A stretch of 64,000 bases of DNA. Origin: Eledone cirrhosa. Lineage: Eukaryota. The stretch covers positions 35,340,001-35,404,000 of the forward strand of contig OZ024759.1 of NCBI GenBank assembly GCA_964016885.1, written 5' to 3'. The notes beneath the pieces were generated by a model. The model made no database searches. It saw only the letters and a list, made by a program, of their open reading frames with translations, and was not told where the DNA came from. Made by a program: the position numbers and the translations under genes. Each line of letters starts with the position of its first letter. Position 1 is the stretch's first letter. This document shows positions 26,161 to 41,545 of this stretch, piece after piece.

Positions 26161-28075
26161 ATATACACCACATGTCTGTACCAGCACAGTCTTCTCTCCT
26201 TCACACCACATCTGACACATAACATGTCTGTACCAGCACAGTCTTCTCTCCTTCACACTCCATCTGACTCATAACATGTCTGTACCAGCACAGTCTTCTC
26301 TCCTTCACACCACATCTGACACATAACATGTCTGTACCAGCACAGTCTTCTCTCCTTCACACTCCATCTGACTCATAACATGTCTGTACCAGCACAGTCT
26401 TCTCTCCTTCACACCACATCTGACTCATAACATGTCTGTACCAGCACAGTCTTCTCTCCTGTACACCACATCTGATTCAACATCTATATACACCACATGT
26501 CTGTACCAGCACAGTCTTCTCTCCTTCACACCACATCTGACACATAACATGTCTGTACCAGCACAGTCTTCTCTCCTTCACACTCCATCTGACTCATAAC
26601 ATGTCTGTACCAGCACAGTCTTCTCTCCTTCACACCACATCTGACTCATAACATGTCTGTACCAGCACAGTCTTCTCTCCTGTACACCACATCTGATTCA
26701 ACATCTATATACACCACATGTCTGTACCAGCACAGTCTTCTCTCCTTCACACCACATCTGACACATAACATGTCTGTACCAGCACAGTCTCCTCTCCTTC
26801 ACACCACATCTGACTCATAACATGTCTGTACCAGCACAGTCTTCTCTCCTGTACACCACATCTGATTCAACATCTATATACACCACATGTCTGTACCAGT
26901 GCAGTCTCCTCTCCTTCACACCACATCTGACACATAACATGTCTGTACCAGCACAGTCTTCTCTCCTTCACACCACATCTGACACATAACATGTCTGTAC
27001 CAGTGCAGTCTCCTCTCCTTCACACCACATCTGACACATAACATGTCTGTACCAGCACAGTCTCCTCTCCTTCACACCACATCTGACACATAACATGTCT
27101 GTACCAGCACAGTCTTCTCTCCTTCACACCACATCTGACACATAACATGTCTGTACCAGCACAGTCTTCTCTCCTTCACACCACATCTGACACATAACAT
27201 GTCTGTACCAGTGCAGTCTCCTCTCCTTCACACCACATCTGACACATAACATGTCTGTACCAGCACAGTCTTCTCTCCTTCACACCACATCTGACACATA
27301 ACATGTCTGTACCAGCACAGTCTTCTCTCCTTCACACCACATCTGACACATAACATGTCTGTACCAGCACAGTCTTCTCTCCTTCACACCACATCTGACA
27401 CATAACATGTCTGTACCAGTGCAGTCTCCTCTCCTTCACACCACATCTGACACATAACATGTCTGTACCAGCACAGTCTTCTCTCCTTCACACCACATCT
27501 GACACATAACATGTCTGTACCAGCACAGTCTTCTCTCCTTCACACCACATCTGACACATAACATGTCTGTACCAGCACAGTCTTCTCTCCTTCACACCAC
27601 ATCTGACACATAACATGTCTGTACCAGTGCAGTCTTCTCTCCTTCACACCACATCTGACACATAACATGTCTGTACCAGCACAGTCTCCTCTCCTTCACA
27701 CCACATCTGACACATAACATGTCTGTACCAGCACAGTCTTCTCTCCTTCACACCACATCTGACACATAACATGTCTGTACCAGTGCAGTCTTCTCTCCTT
27801 CACACCACATCTGACTCATAACATGTCTGTACCAGCACAGTCTTCTCTCCTTCACACTCCATCTGACTCATAACATGTCTGTACCAGCACAGTCTCCTCT
27901 CCTTCACACCACATCTGACACATAACATGTCTGTACCAGCACAGTCTTCGTCTCCTTCACACCACATCTGACACACCACATGTCTGTACCAGTGCAGTCT
28001 CCTCTCCTTCACACCACATCTGACACATAACATGTCTGTACCAGCACAGTCTTCTCTCCTTCACACCACATCTGA
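26161..28075. repeat. 52-bp minisatellite derived from an RTE RLxWYxHV segment
   Basis: Unit ACATGTCTGTACCAGCACAGTCTTCTCTCCTTCACACCACATCTGACACATA; the minus strand reads VRCGVKERRLHWYRHV. Confidence 0.9.
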
Positions 28076-28661
28076 TTCCCCTCATAGATAGTTTTTCTTT
28101 AAGCTTATCCACACTTCATCATTGTGAGTTTATATACACACGTATATATCATCATCATCATCATCATCATCAGCGTTTAACGTCCGTGTTCCACGCTTGC
28201 ATGGGTTTGGACGGGGGTAGTCCCACTTGAGGCAAGAGTGATTGTCTTGCTCGCATAGGACTGTCTGGCAGGTTTTCTACAGTTGGATGCCCTTCCTAAC
28301 ACCAACCACATTTACAGTGTGGGTCTGGGAGGTTTTTACCGTGTTGCCTACACGGCCACATTACAGCGTGGACTGTGTGTTTTTTTGTCGTGACACCTAC
28401 ACGATCTCATTTGTTTCGGCCTCGATGGCGCGGCACCAACATAACTTTACATAGAACGGGGTGGTGTGGATCGGGTGGGGGGTGGTGGGACGGGGTGTAT
28501 TTGTTAGAGATGCCTACTGGCTGGAGTAGGTCTTTATATATATATGTTTATATATATATATATATGTTTATATATATATATGTTTATATATATGTTTATA
28601 TATATATATGTTTATATATATATATGTTTATATATATATATGTTTATATATGTTTATATAT

Positions 28662-28707
<46 letters not shown>

Positions 28708-29040
28708 ACAAATAACGAATTTAACTTAATTGTTTATATATATATGTTTATATATATATATATATGTATATGTATATATATATGTATATGTATATATGTA
28801 TATGTATATATATATATGTATATATATATATGTATATATATATATGTATATATATATATGTATATGTATATATATATATGTATATGTATATATATATATG
28901 TATATGTATATATGTATATGTATATATATATATGTATATGTATATATATATATGTATATGTATATATATATATGTATATGTATATATGTATATGTATATG
29001 TATATATGTATATGTATATGTATATATGTATATGTATATG

Positions 29041-29226
<186 letters not shown>

Positions 29227-29257
29227 TGTATTATATATATATATATATATATGTATG

Positions 29258-29431
<174 letters not shown>

Positions 29432-29445
29432 TGTTTATATATATG

Positions 29446-29522
<77 letters not shown>

Positions 29523-30098
29523 GTATCCCAGTACAACCTGTCCCATGGTCGGGTCGTTGGCGACTAAACTGGCAACCCCGCCAAGGTTTCTTGGTGAGGA
29601 GGGTGACTTTGGACATCCTGCAGGACTAAAAACAAAACCTGTCAAAGGGCAAAGGAACTCTTAAGAGTCAATGGCCATCCAAAATCACCGGGAGAGATGA
29701 CTCCTTAGCCCTTGTCAAGGCAGAATTCTAGGAGAAGGAAAACTCTGATATAACACCTGCAACCCTGATGGTATCCAATGATGTTGACTTGTTCTTCTTT
29801 TTGGTAAATATCATCTTGGTTAAGAGAGTGGGACTGGCTTTGTGCAGTGCCTTTGCTCACTATAAAAGCTTCACGGCACAGGCATTGCTTTATATCTGGA
29901 GATCTCTCTGCACTTGTCATCACAGGGTACCATGGCCCCAGCACTATGTGTCAGTAATTGTCACAAGTGTAGTGTTTGTACCAAAGTTTTCAAGTCGCTG
30001 GCTGGACTAAAAAGTCACACTCGTTCAGCGCATCAGTAGGGGTTCTCCTACATGGATATAAAGTAGTGGCCGTACTCGAAAACGAGTTGGCAGCCACC

Positions 30099-30165
<67 letters not shown>

Positions 30166-30371
30166 TGTTTATATATATATGTTTATATATATATATATAT
30201 GTTTATATATATATATATATGTTTATATATATATATATATGTTTATATATATATATATATGTTTATATATATATATATATGTTTATATATATATATATAT
30301 GTTTATATATATATATATATGTTTATATATATGTATATATGTTTATATATATGTATATATGTTTATATATA

Positions 30372-30402
<31 letters not shown>

Positions 30403-30590
30403 TTATATATATGTATATATATGTATATATATATATATATATAGATAGATGTCTGTATGTATATATATAGATGTCTGTATGTATATATATAGATGTCTGT
30501 ATGTATATATATAGATGTCTGTATGTATATATATAGATGTCTGTATGTATATATAGATGTATGTATATATAGATGTAGGTATATATATAG

Positions 30591-30639
<49 letters not shown>

Positions 30640-30648
<9 letters not shown>

Positions 30649-31860
30649 GTCTGTATATATATATATATATACAGAAGTCTGTATATATATATATATACAG
30701 AAGTCTGTATATATATATATATACAGAAGTCTGTATATATATATATACAGAAGTCTGTATATATATATATATACAGAAGTCTGTATATATATATATATAC
30801 AGAAGTCTGTATATATATATATATACAGAAGTCTGTATATATATATATATACAGAAGTCTGTATATATATATATATACAGAAGTCTGTATATATATATAT
30901 ATACAGAAGTCTGTATATATATATATATACAGAAGTCTGTATATATATATATATACAGAAGTCTGTATATATATATATATACAGAAGTCTGTATATATAT
31001 ATATATACAGAAGTCTGTATATATATATATATACAGAAGTCTGTATATATATATATATACAGAAGTCTGTATATATATATATATACAGAAGTCTGTATAT
31101 ATATATATATACAGAAGTCTGTATATATATATATATACAGAAGTCTGTATATATATATATATATACAGAAGTCTGTATATATATATATATATACAGAAGT
31201 CTGTATATATATATATATACAGAAGTCTGTATATATATATATATATACAGAAGTCTGTATATATATATATATACAGAAGTCTGTATATATATATATATAC
31301 AGAAGTCTGTATGTTTATATATACAGATGTCTGTATGTTTATATATATACAGATGTCTGTATGTTTATATATATACAGATGTCTGTATGTTTATATATAT
31401 ACAGATGTCTGTATGTTTATATATATACAGATGTCTGTATGTTTATATATATACAGATGTCTGTATGTTTATATATATACAGATGTCTGTATGTTTATAT
31501 ATATACAGATGTCTGTATGTTTATATATATACAGATGTCTGTATGTTTATATATATACAGATGTCTGTATATATATATATATATACAGATGTATGTATAT
31601 ATATATATATATACAGATGTATGTATATATATATATATACAGATGTATGTATATATATATATATACAGATGTATGTATATATATATATATACAGATGTAT
31701 GTATATATATATATATACAGATGTATGTATATATATATATATACAGATGTATGTATATATATATACAGATGTCTGTATGTTTATATATATATATATATAT
31801 ATACAGATGTCTGTATGTTTATATATATATATATATACAGATGTCTGTATGTTTATATAT
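30640..31860. repeat. ~26-bp self-complementary minisatellite (TATACAGA-AG-TCTGTATA)
   Basis: Direct reading; grades into CAGATGTCTG variants. Confidence 0.9.
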
Positions 31861-32849
31861 ATATATACACATGTATATATGTTTATATACACATGTATAT
31901 ATGTTTATATACACATGTATATATGTTTATATACACATGTATATATGTTTATATACACATGTATATATGTTTATATGTATGTATGTTTATATACACATGT
32001 AAATATGTTTATATGTATGTATGTTTATATACACATGTAAATATGTTTATATGTATGTATGTTTATGTATACATGTATACATGTTTATACATATGCAAGT
32101 GTATGTTTATGTGTAGAAACCAAGACAAAATACAGATCTGTCTGAGCAAGATGAGCTGACCTGACCTGTTTTGCTCAAGTATACAAAACACTTCTAGGAA
32201 TTGAACTCATAACAATCATGAGTTGTTCACCTTAATTACTAAATGACACACCTTCACAAGTCCTCCCCCCTTCTAAATCAATCAACTTACCTTGGTCTAT
32301 ATCTTAATTTGTTTACACTCAACTGATATCTAGTAATTTAGTCGTTTAATGATGGCAATACAATGATTATCTTTGTAAACTCCTATCATGTCTCTCTCTC
32401 TCTCCCTATCTCTGTCTCTCTCTCCCTATCTCTGTCTACCTGTCTCTCTCTCTCTCCCCTTCTCTGTCTACCTGTCTCTCTCTCTCTCCCCTTCTCTGTC
32501 TACCTGTCTCTCTCTCTCCCCTTCTCTGTCTACCTGTCTCTCTCTCTCTCCCCTTCTCTGTCTACCTGTCTCTCTCTCTCTCCCCTTCTCTGTCTACCTG
32601 TCTCTCTCTCCCCGTCTATCTCTCTCTCCCTTCTTTCTGTTTCACCCTGTGTCTCTCTCTCTCAATGGTGGTGGTGATGATGATGATGAAATGATATGAT
32701 AATGACAAGGAGATGATGAAGGTGATAAGACGGTGAAGATGATTGTGATATGGTGATGATGGTTGTGATTAAATTTTTTGTTTATATTTTCTATCATCAT
32801 CATCATCATTTCTATATTTAAAAATATTCTCCTTTTATTTAAAATCCAG

Positions 32850-32990
32850 AAACGTCACTCTGTTGAACTAGAGAGGACAACTCCTGAAGACATTGTAAAG
32901 ATATTGGAAAGACTTTGGTGCTCCTTCAAACGACAAACCACCCCCGGTGCTAAGAAAGATGTTATCAGTACCTTGTTAACCATTCCTTAA
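32850..32990 (+). CDS. Candidate terminal coding exon KRHSVELERTTPEDIVKILERLWCSFKRQTTPGAKKDVISTLLTIP*
   Basis: Pyrimidine-rich acceptor ending ATCCAG at 32849, open phase-0 frame to TAA at 32988-32990, AATAAA at 33076-33081 followed by GT-rich sequence. Confidence 0.5.
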   Translation, partial: KRHSVELERTTPEDIVKILERLWCSFKRQTTPGAKKDVISTLLTIP

Positions 32991-35900
32991 TTTTACTCAA
33001 TAACATAATTCCAGGTTGTGATGTTTTTTTTGTTGGAATTCTGTTTAAAGTTTTAAAGTATTCACTGTTTGGATTAATAAAGTTCCTAGTTTTGTGATGG
33101 TGCATTTCCCTCCCACCTTTTTGCCAATGTTTAAAGACAAAAGGTTAAGATTAAACTTGTTATCTCTCCTTTCATAACTAATTTCTGGGATTCTCGTCTC
33201 ATCTCTTGTGATTGGAAAACAAATTATTTACAAAATAAATTTAGTGATAATGTTTTTTTGAATTTTTAAAAAATGATTCTCACAAGCATTGTTAACCCTT
33301 TAATTACCATATTTCTGATAAAAGACACTGTTTGTGTCATTAACCCTTTAATTACCATATTTCTGATAAAAGACACTGTTTGTGTCATTAACCCTTTAAT
33401 TACCATATTTCTGATAAAAGACACTGTTTATGTCTTTAACCCTTTCATTACCATATTTCTAAAGAAAGACACTGTGTCATTAATCTTTAATTACCATATT
33501 TCTAATGAAAGACACTGTCTATGTCTTTAACCCTCTTCGTTACTGTACTTAAAATAAAATATATTGCCAATAATTTTCAAATAATTTTTTAAATAATCAA
33601 GATTTTCCAGAGATTTAGTAATATAACCAAGGCCAGATTTATCAGGGATGGCAGGGGCAGAAGGGGTCAATGCCCTGGGCACCCCTTGTCAAACAACCCC
33701 CTCCGTTATGGCCTTAAATATAACTATCATCCTCACGATTTATTGAGGCACTTGGATGATTTGAAAGTCTTGATATCCAAACACACACAGTTAGAATAAT
33801 GATAATAATGTTAGAAGATCTGGTAAAATAACCTTAGTAATAGAAAAATAAGGCCAGCAGCCATGAGTTTGATTCTCTGTAGTGGCTGCTGACCACTTAT
33901 TTTACAGTCTCTAAGGGTATTTTAACTGATTTTCTAATGCTATTATCATTGGGCAGTGGATTAGCAATATTGGTAGAGCGTTGAACATGCTTTGTGGCAT
34001 CCCCAAGTGAGACCAGCTCAGCCTATGGATGTATTCAACTATTCTGTTTGGGGTCTAACCCTGGGGCTCCTGCCGGCTGGTTTTGCCTGTAAAATCTGTC
34101 CACAAGTCTGAAATATCAGAGCTGTGACCTCTCAATTCATGCCTACTTTTACTTATTGTCTTGAATCTTGGGTAATGACTGAAAGAATACACCTGCGAAT
34201 ACAAGTGAATGAAATATGGTTCCTCTGAAGGGTCTTTTCAGTAATGTTATTCAATAGTACATAACTGAGATCAGAGAGTCGCTCCAGATAGAGCTGCTAC
34301 TTCTGTGAATCGAGAGATTACCATAAATTATAATTTATACACATTTTACTTCTTAAAATAAAACAAGGGGACATAATTTCAAAAACTTTTAATTGTAAAT
34401 CGTTTATAAATTGAAATATCTTTTCGTTTCGTAATACCTGCGATAAATAACTTTTATAAACTGAAATATTTTTCTCGCCCAATTATTATCTGGGATAAAC
34501 GATTATTTTTTTACTTTTCTACAATAAAAAATGAAGGGATCACCTCTCTATTTTCGTTAAGAAGTTTCTATTGTGATATTTCCTTTTTGGGATTTTAACT
34601 TATGTATCATAAGACATACTGGTTATTTTTTTACATTTGTTGGACATTATAAGATGTATCAGTCATGTCATCTGTTGTACATATATATATATTCACATAC
34701 ACATATGTAATTACTATTTATATGTATGTGTGTGTATATATGTATGTATATATATTGTATATGTTATCATTTGTGTGTGTATATATGTATGTATATATAT
34801 TGTATATGTTATCATTTGTGTGTGTATATATGTAATTATCATTTATATGTGTGTATATATATGTTATTTATGACTATGTAACATACGTCTGTAAGTTATT
34901 AATAAAACTTTCACAAGAAACAAAATGTCTTGGGTTTTCTATTCCTTCATATATATATATTGTATATTTCACAGATGTGACTGGAGACTTCCTCATTGTG
35001 TCTGTCATTGTTGGGCCTGACAGATGTCACTGTTAGACCCGACAGATGTCAGGATAAGACCAGGTACTTGTCACTGTTAGACCTGGTACTGGTCAGGTAG
35101 TGGTTACTGTTAGACCAGATGTCTGCCACAGATGGATGGTTGGAACTATTTCATCTGTTTATCTATGAGGAGGAGGGAAAAGATTAGAACTAAAGGCAGC
35201 AGCACAACTGAGAGAGAGAGTGTGTGTCTAAGGGGAGAGGGAGAGTTTGTGAGAGAGGTGGAGAGAGATAATGTATGTGAGAAAGAGAGGGGTAGTGAGA
35301 GAGACTGTATGTATGAGAGAGAGTAACTGAAGAATTGTTTAATAAGCTGTCAAGCTGCCATTGTATCCTTTGAGAATAAAGGAATGTTCCAGATGAAACC
35401 GGCTTCAGTTTTCTTCTCTAAAGTTAAATATATTCTAAATTTAGTTCCTGGAGAGAAAGAGTTCTTCTTCTTTACCGAGTTGTAGGGGCAAAGTCCTCAG
35501 GGCTGCTTCCCAGAGGGACCTACCAGGGTATGGTATGGTCCTGTACCTCCTGATGGAGTGATGGGGCAACTGTGGTGACATACAGCATATCTTTGGTATT
35601 TTAAACCTGGTGGAGCCCATCTCTCTCCCCAGGCCCAAGTACAGCAGATTTCTTACAGAGGGAGTGAGAACGAGATAGAGAGGAAGAATCGACCCCAGTA
35701 TTAGACTGCTACTTTATTGATCTCTAAAGGATGAATGGCAAAGTTGACCTCGGCAGGATTTGAGATCAGATAGTCGGAACAAATACCACAAGGCATTCTA
35801 TCTGACGTTCTAAAGACTCTGACCATCAAATGATCTAGCTAGATCCCTAAGTGAGAACAACCAATTTATAGAAAGGGTTATCAGAGCAGATTCCTCAGAT

Positions 35901-36106
35901 ATACTTTCCAGAAGGTCCTACCATTATGTGTGATGTATAAATATATATATGGGTGTGTGTGAATATATATATGGGTGTGTGTGTATATATATATAAATTT
36001 GAGTATGTGTTGGTTGCTTACCGACACTTCAGTATGAATAAACAAAGTTAATTTTAACCTGTTGACTTACAGTTCTTGTTTATATATATATATATTTATA
36101 TATATA

Positions 36107-36152
<46 letters not shown>

Positions 36153-36499
36153 GACAAACATAGAATATTCGAAAATATTAATATTTTCGAATATTCTATG
36201 TTTGTCTTCACATATATATCGCTATTTCAGAGCATTATATCCAAATATATATATATATATATAAAGATCAAATGAATTGAAAAACTTCAATTAAATCTAA
36301 AAATATTTAAGTAACAAATTCCCATGAGAACACCCCCCCCCCCTCTTCCACTTCTATAGACAACGGAATGAAAATAATTAGTCCTACACCCCAGGGGATC
36401 TAAATAATAAATGGTTCAGTTTGAAATTCCTAGAACATGATCAAAGGTAGTTAAAATATTTGACACTGCAATTAACTGTGAAAGTCTTGCAACAAATTG

Positions 36500-37110
36500 A
36501 GAAGCAACAGTCTCCAAACTGATCTGGCTGGATCTCCAAGCATGACCATCCAAGCTCATGGATGTTAACCCACCATTTTGCTCGGGGTCTATCCTAGGGT
36601 CTCCAGCCAGTTGGCTTTGCCTGTAAAATTTGTCCAGTGATTCTTTCTTGAGACATTCTAACCCCATGCCCGTAGTACCACAGCTGTGATCTCACAATTT
36701 GGAGAATTATCAGCTCTAACTGGAGTGACTCTCTGATCTCTCTGTCCAGTGATTCTTTCTTGAGACATTCTAACCCCATGCCTGTAGTACCACAGCTGTG
36801 ATCTCACAATTTGGAGAATTATCAGCTCTAACTGGAGTGACTCTCTGATCTCTCTGTCCAGTGATTCTTTCTTGAGACATTCTAACCCCATGCCCGTAGT
36901 ACCACAGCTGTAATCTCACAATTTGGAGAATTATCAGCTCTAACTGGAGTGACTCTCTGATCTCTCTGTCCAGTGATTCTTTCTTGAGACATTCTAACCA
37001 CATGCCCGTAGTACCACAGCTGTGATCTCACAATTCAGAGAAGTAGTGGCACTGCATGAAGTGACTCTCTGACCTCCAAGTTATGCACTCTGTCGAGTAA
37101 TGTTACTCCC
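36500..37110 (-). mobile_element. RTE fragment with internal 112-bp tandem repeat (~3.5 copies)
   Basis: SQLWYYGHGVRMSQERITGQ repeated at a 112-bp period. Confidence 0.75.
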
Positions 37111-37394
37111 TTCGGAGGAATCCCATTTAATAATAATGAAATTATTGTACAGTGCTCAGGTGCACTACAACTCATCAAAGGTGCATGTATAGTATATAGA
37201 ATAATGGTTTCTACTTTAGGCACAAGGTAAGAAATTATCCCAGTGTATTACTGGTAGTTTATTTTATCGACCCCGTAAGGATGAAAGGCAAAGTTAACCT
37301 CGGCGGGATTTGAACTCAGACCATAAAGGGCCGTAACTCTATGCTGCAAAGCATGGCGTCCGACCCTCTACCGATAGAATAATATACAAATGTC

Positions 37395-38058
37395 AGTGAA
37401 GTGAATAGTGTATGAGTCATGAAATACATGTGTGGGTGTATGGGGAGGAGGGATATCAGGTGTAGTGTTGGCGAATCTCAGGAAGTATGGAGGTTTTAAA
37501 GGATGCAGTGTCCCGACAGCTAACAACTGATGCAGGGAGTTTGTTCCATGCTTCAGCAACTCTGAGTGTAAATGTTTCCGAAAGTCATGGGAGCTGTGCT
37601 GTTTTCTGACTTTGTAGGAATGCCCACGTGTGTTAGACACATGGAGATCAAAAAGGTACTCAGGGTTGTTGGCGAGATGGTTAATAACTTTGTGGGTGTT
37701 TACCAAGTCAGTTGCCAGACGTCGGAGCTTCAATGTATCCATGCCCAGGGAAGCAAGGCGTTCAGAGTATGGTAGATGCCTGATGGAGGGTATTCGCTTG
37801 GTTGCACGTCTCTGAACAGTTTCCAGGCGGTTAATGTTCTGAGCAAGATAGGGGTGTCAGACTGGTGATGCAAATTCTAAGTGTGGCCGCCCATAGCTAT
37901 ATACAGCTTTAAATAGATAGCTGGAGAGCGGCTGACAAAGGTCTTGCTAAGTGATGCTCAGACACGCTCGACCTCCTTGACAATTTTAGAGACGTGCTTC
38001 GTCCAACGCAAATATCTGCTGACAGTCATATCCTGGTCACGTTCACAAGAAAACTTCT
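37395..38058 (-). mobile_element. CR1/L2-group LINE 3' fragment (degenerate RT C-terminus)
   Basis: RPHLEFASPV..LETVQRRATK..YSERLASLG..TLKLRR..DL..NTRGHSYK motifs. Confidence 0.85.
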
Positions 38059-38355
38059 TGTATTAACGGAAACCTCGTTTTTAAAAATATATTTCTATTT
38101 CATCATTAGTTTTATGGGAGTGGAAAGAATATATTGAGGTCTGTGTTAAGGCAACAAAAACGAAATCTCATAATTGACACTTTGTGTAATATGGCGAAAA
38201 ATTGAAAACAAAACTAGTCACGACTTGGTTACCCCCCTTACACTCTTAACAGAACAACAAAAAAAAATTCTTCTATTTCATTGACTTGTTTCAGTCAGTC
38301 GACTGCGGCCATACTAACGCACTGCTTTGATTTAATCGATCATATATATATATAT

Positions 38356-38515
38356 ACGAGGGGGTGCTGAAAAGTTCTGGGCTTTTCGGGTATCGTGAAA
38401 GGGTAGAGTTGTTACGTTTACAAGGGAGGTAGGACCGCTGCAATAAGTGTGTGAATCTGAGAGGGGAATATGTTGAATAAAATCATAATTAACTGATCCT
38501 CCTGTATTTTATTTT
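38356..38515 (+). mobile_element. Deleted mariner-like element
   Basis: TA-CGAGGGGGTGCTGAAAAGTT terminus plus the transposase C-terminal peptide KCVNLRGEYVE*. Confidence 0.7.
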
Positions 38516-38633
38516 AACTGTAGGGGGTGTGGAACTGGGGAGAAGGGCAGGAAAGCCATGCCCTTCCAGCAATAATTATATTTTTCTCCCCAAACTACAC
38601 ACATCTATTTGTATATGCGCTACAATTTATGTA

Positions 38634-38980
38634 CAGGGTGGTCCGAAATTCTTGTCACCACTACATATTGTTTTAATAATTGTTTCTACTATTGGCACAA
38701 GGCTAGCAAATACCCAGTACATTATTGGTACTTTATTTTATCGACCCCGTAAGGATGAAAGGCAAAGTTAACCTCGGCGGGATTTGAACTCAGAATGGCA
38801 AGGGCCGTAACTCTATGTGTCAAAGCATGGCGTCCGACCCTGCTTTGACACATAGTTTTAATAATATAATATATAATATTATTAATTATAATACATAATA
38901 ATATAATTTTCTTATAATATATAATAATAATATACTTTTCTTTTTGGTAGTGGGGGTGACAAGACTTTCGGACCACCCTG
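38634..38980. mobile_element. Tc1/mariner-type MITE with nested SINE A
   Basis: TIRs CAGGGTGGTCCGAAA..TCTTGTCACC / GGTGACAAGAC..TTTCGGACCACCCTG with TA on both sides. Confidence 0.8.
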
Positions 38981-40302
38981 TACATGTTGTTTATCGTATA
39001 TCGAAGTTATTTATATCTTGGTTGATATTTGATAATAAACAGTTAACCTAATCACTACAACTAAATTGACCAAATTTGCTTCCCCCACCCTATTCAGAAA
39101 TGCTTCCACTGCCCCTGAACTTATCATCCTAGAGAGGTTACCCAGTACTCCTCGTTGCTGTCTTTTGCTCTGGTGTTGGCTCCGTTGTTCACCCCTTCCT
39201 TTACATTTTCTTTAATATTGCAACATTAAAAGAATATATCTTTCTGAAAGAATCGCGAGCAATTTATAATGTTGTCTAAGCATTTGTAATGTTATTTATA
39301 TATATATTATACGTAGTAGAAGCTTTATTGACATATTAGACAACTTTATTTCATAAATATATTACAAATCGTTTGCAATTCTTTCAGAATAAAAATATAA
39401 ACAGAGCATATAAATAAATTTACAGTAGAATAACATAACAAATATGTTTTAAATATATACATAAATAACATTACAAATGCTTAGACAACATTATAAATTG
39501 CTCGCGATTCTTTCAGAAAGATATATTCTTTTAATGTTGCAATATAAAATCCCGCCGGGGTCGATAAAATAAAGTACCAGTAATGCACTGGGTTATTACT
39601 GGCCTTGTGCCTAAAGTAGAAACAAATATTAAAGAAAATGTAAAGGAAGGGGTGAACAACGGAGCCAACACCAGAGCAAAAGACAGCAACGAGGGGTACT
39701 GGGCAACCTCTCTAATGATGTATATATTTAAAACATATTTGTTATGTTATCCTACTGTAAATTTATTTATGTACATATTATGTTTATCCCATATCGAAGT
39801 TATTTATATCTTGGTTGATATTTGATAATAAACAGTTAACCTAATCACTACAACTAAATTGACCAAATTTGCTTCCCCCACCCTATTCAGAAATACTTCC
39901 ACTGCCCCTGAACTTATCTTCCTGTATATTATGTTAACCAAAGCTAGAAACTTGTCATCACTCCAATAATTATATCTATTTTCACACCTGATACTTATTT
40001 CTATTGATCATTTCTTTTGAAAAAAAAAAATAAAATAATAATTGTTTCTACTTTAGGCACAAGGCCAGCAATTACCCAGTGTATTACTGGTACTTTATTT
40101 TATCGACCCCGTAAGGATGAAAGGCAAAGTCAATAATAATAATAATAAATCATCGATGATGTGTTTCAAATAATTTTGTAAATAAAAACATTGGAGAAAT
40201 ATCTTTCTAATGACTCACGCTGTCGTGTTTTCCTCACACACACATACACAGTTATATATACAATATAGTAACAAATGGAAACTATATTTATAAAACCATA
40301 TT

Positions 40303-40366
40303 TATTGTATTATACATATTTCAAGGGCCACCAAGGCAAATTATGGTGCGCTTTCATCAGATAATA
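40303..40366 (-). ncRNA. Hammerhead fold, family E variant
   Basis: Minus strand: TATTAT-CTGATGA-AAGCGCACCA..TGGTGGCCCTT-GAAA-TATGTATA-ATACAATA. Flank 40262-40302 is homologous to 11370-11410. Confidence 0.6.
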
Positions 40367-40422
40367 TATATATATATATATATACACACACGATACACAC
40401 ATATATATATATATATATATAT

Positions 40423-40479
<57 letters not shown>

Positions 40480-40590
40480 CATACATACACACACACACAT
40501 ATATATATACACACACATATGCACACACACACACACACATATATATATACATACATATTTACCATCACTTATATATACAAACACATATAT

Positions 40591-40621
<31 letters not shown>

Positions 40622-40699
40622 AGCAAGTGCATGCGATGCAAATCTGTTTATTGAAAACAATTTAACTGCGATGAAGGGGAGAGTAAAAAAAAAACCTCA

Positions 40700-41545
40700 A
40701 ATCCACCACCACCACTACTACTACAACCACCACTACTACCACCACCACTACTACCACCACTACCACCACCACCACTACTACAACAACCACCAGTACCACC
40801 ACCACCACCACCACTACTACTACAACAACCACCACCACCACTACTACTACAACAACCACCACCACTACCACTACTACCACCACCACCACTACCACCACTA
40901 CTACAACCACCACCAGTACCACTACTACCACTACTACAACAACCACCACTACTACCACCACCACAACCATCACTAATACCACCACCACCACCACTACTAC
41001 AACCACCACCACTACTACAACCACCACCACTACTACCACCACTAGTACAACCACCACCACTACTACCACCACCACCACTACTACAACCACCACCAGTACC
41101 ACTACTACCACTACTACAACCACCACCACTACTACAACAACCACCACTACTACCACCACCACAACCATCACTAATACCACCACCACCACCACCAGTACCA
41201 CCACCACCACTACTACCACCACCACCACTACTACAACCACCACCAGTACCACCACCACTACTACAACCACCACCACTAGTACAACCACCACCACTACTAC
41301 CACCACCACCACCACCACTACTACAAGCACCACCAGTACCACCACCACCACTACTACAACCACCACCACCACTACTACCACCACCACAACCATCACTAAT
41401 ACCACCACCACCACCACCAGTACCACCACCACTACTACCACCACTAGTACAACCACCACCACTACTACCACCACCACCACTACTACAACCACCACCAGTA
41501 CCACCACCACTACTACAACCACCAGTACCACCACTACCACCACAA
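40700..41545. repeat. (CAC/TAC/AAC)n array
   Basis: Direct reading. Confidence 0.95.

Noticed and set aside
22330-26256. ORFs over 1200 aa of Y/I/M/C/H in both directions, and similar ORFs at 28-32 kb and 51-55 kb
   Set aside because: Stop-free translations of (TA)n-type repeats, open in nearly all frames and crossing an N gap.
26161-28075. CRISPR-like appearance of regular arrays (also 13500, 49432, 62225)
   Set aside because: Contiguous tandem units with no unique spacers, no cas genes, and a eukaryotic context.
35441-35638. 65-aa complex-sequence ORF
   Set aside because: Non-ATG start, no splice support and no recognisable motif.
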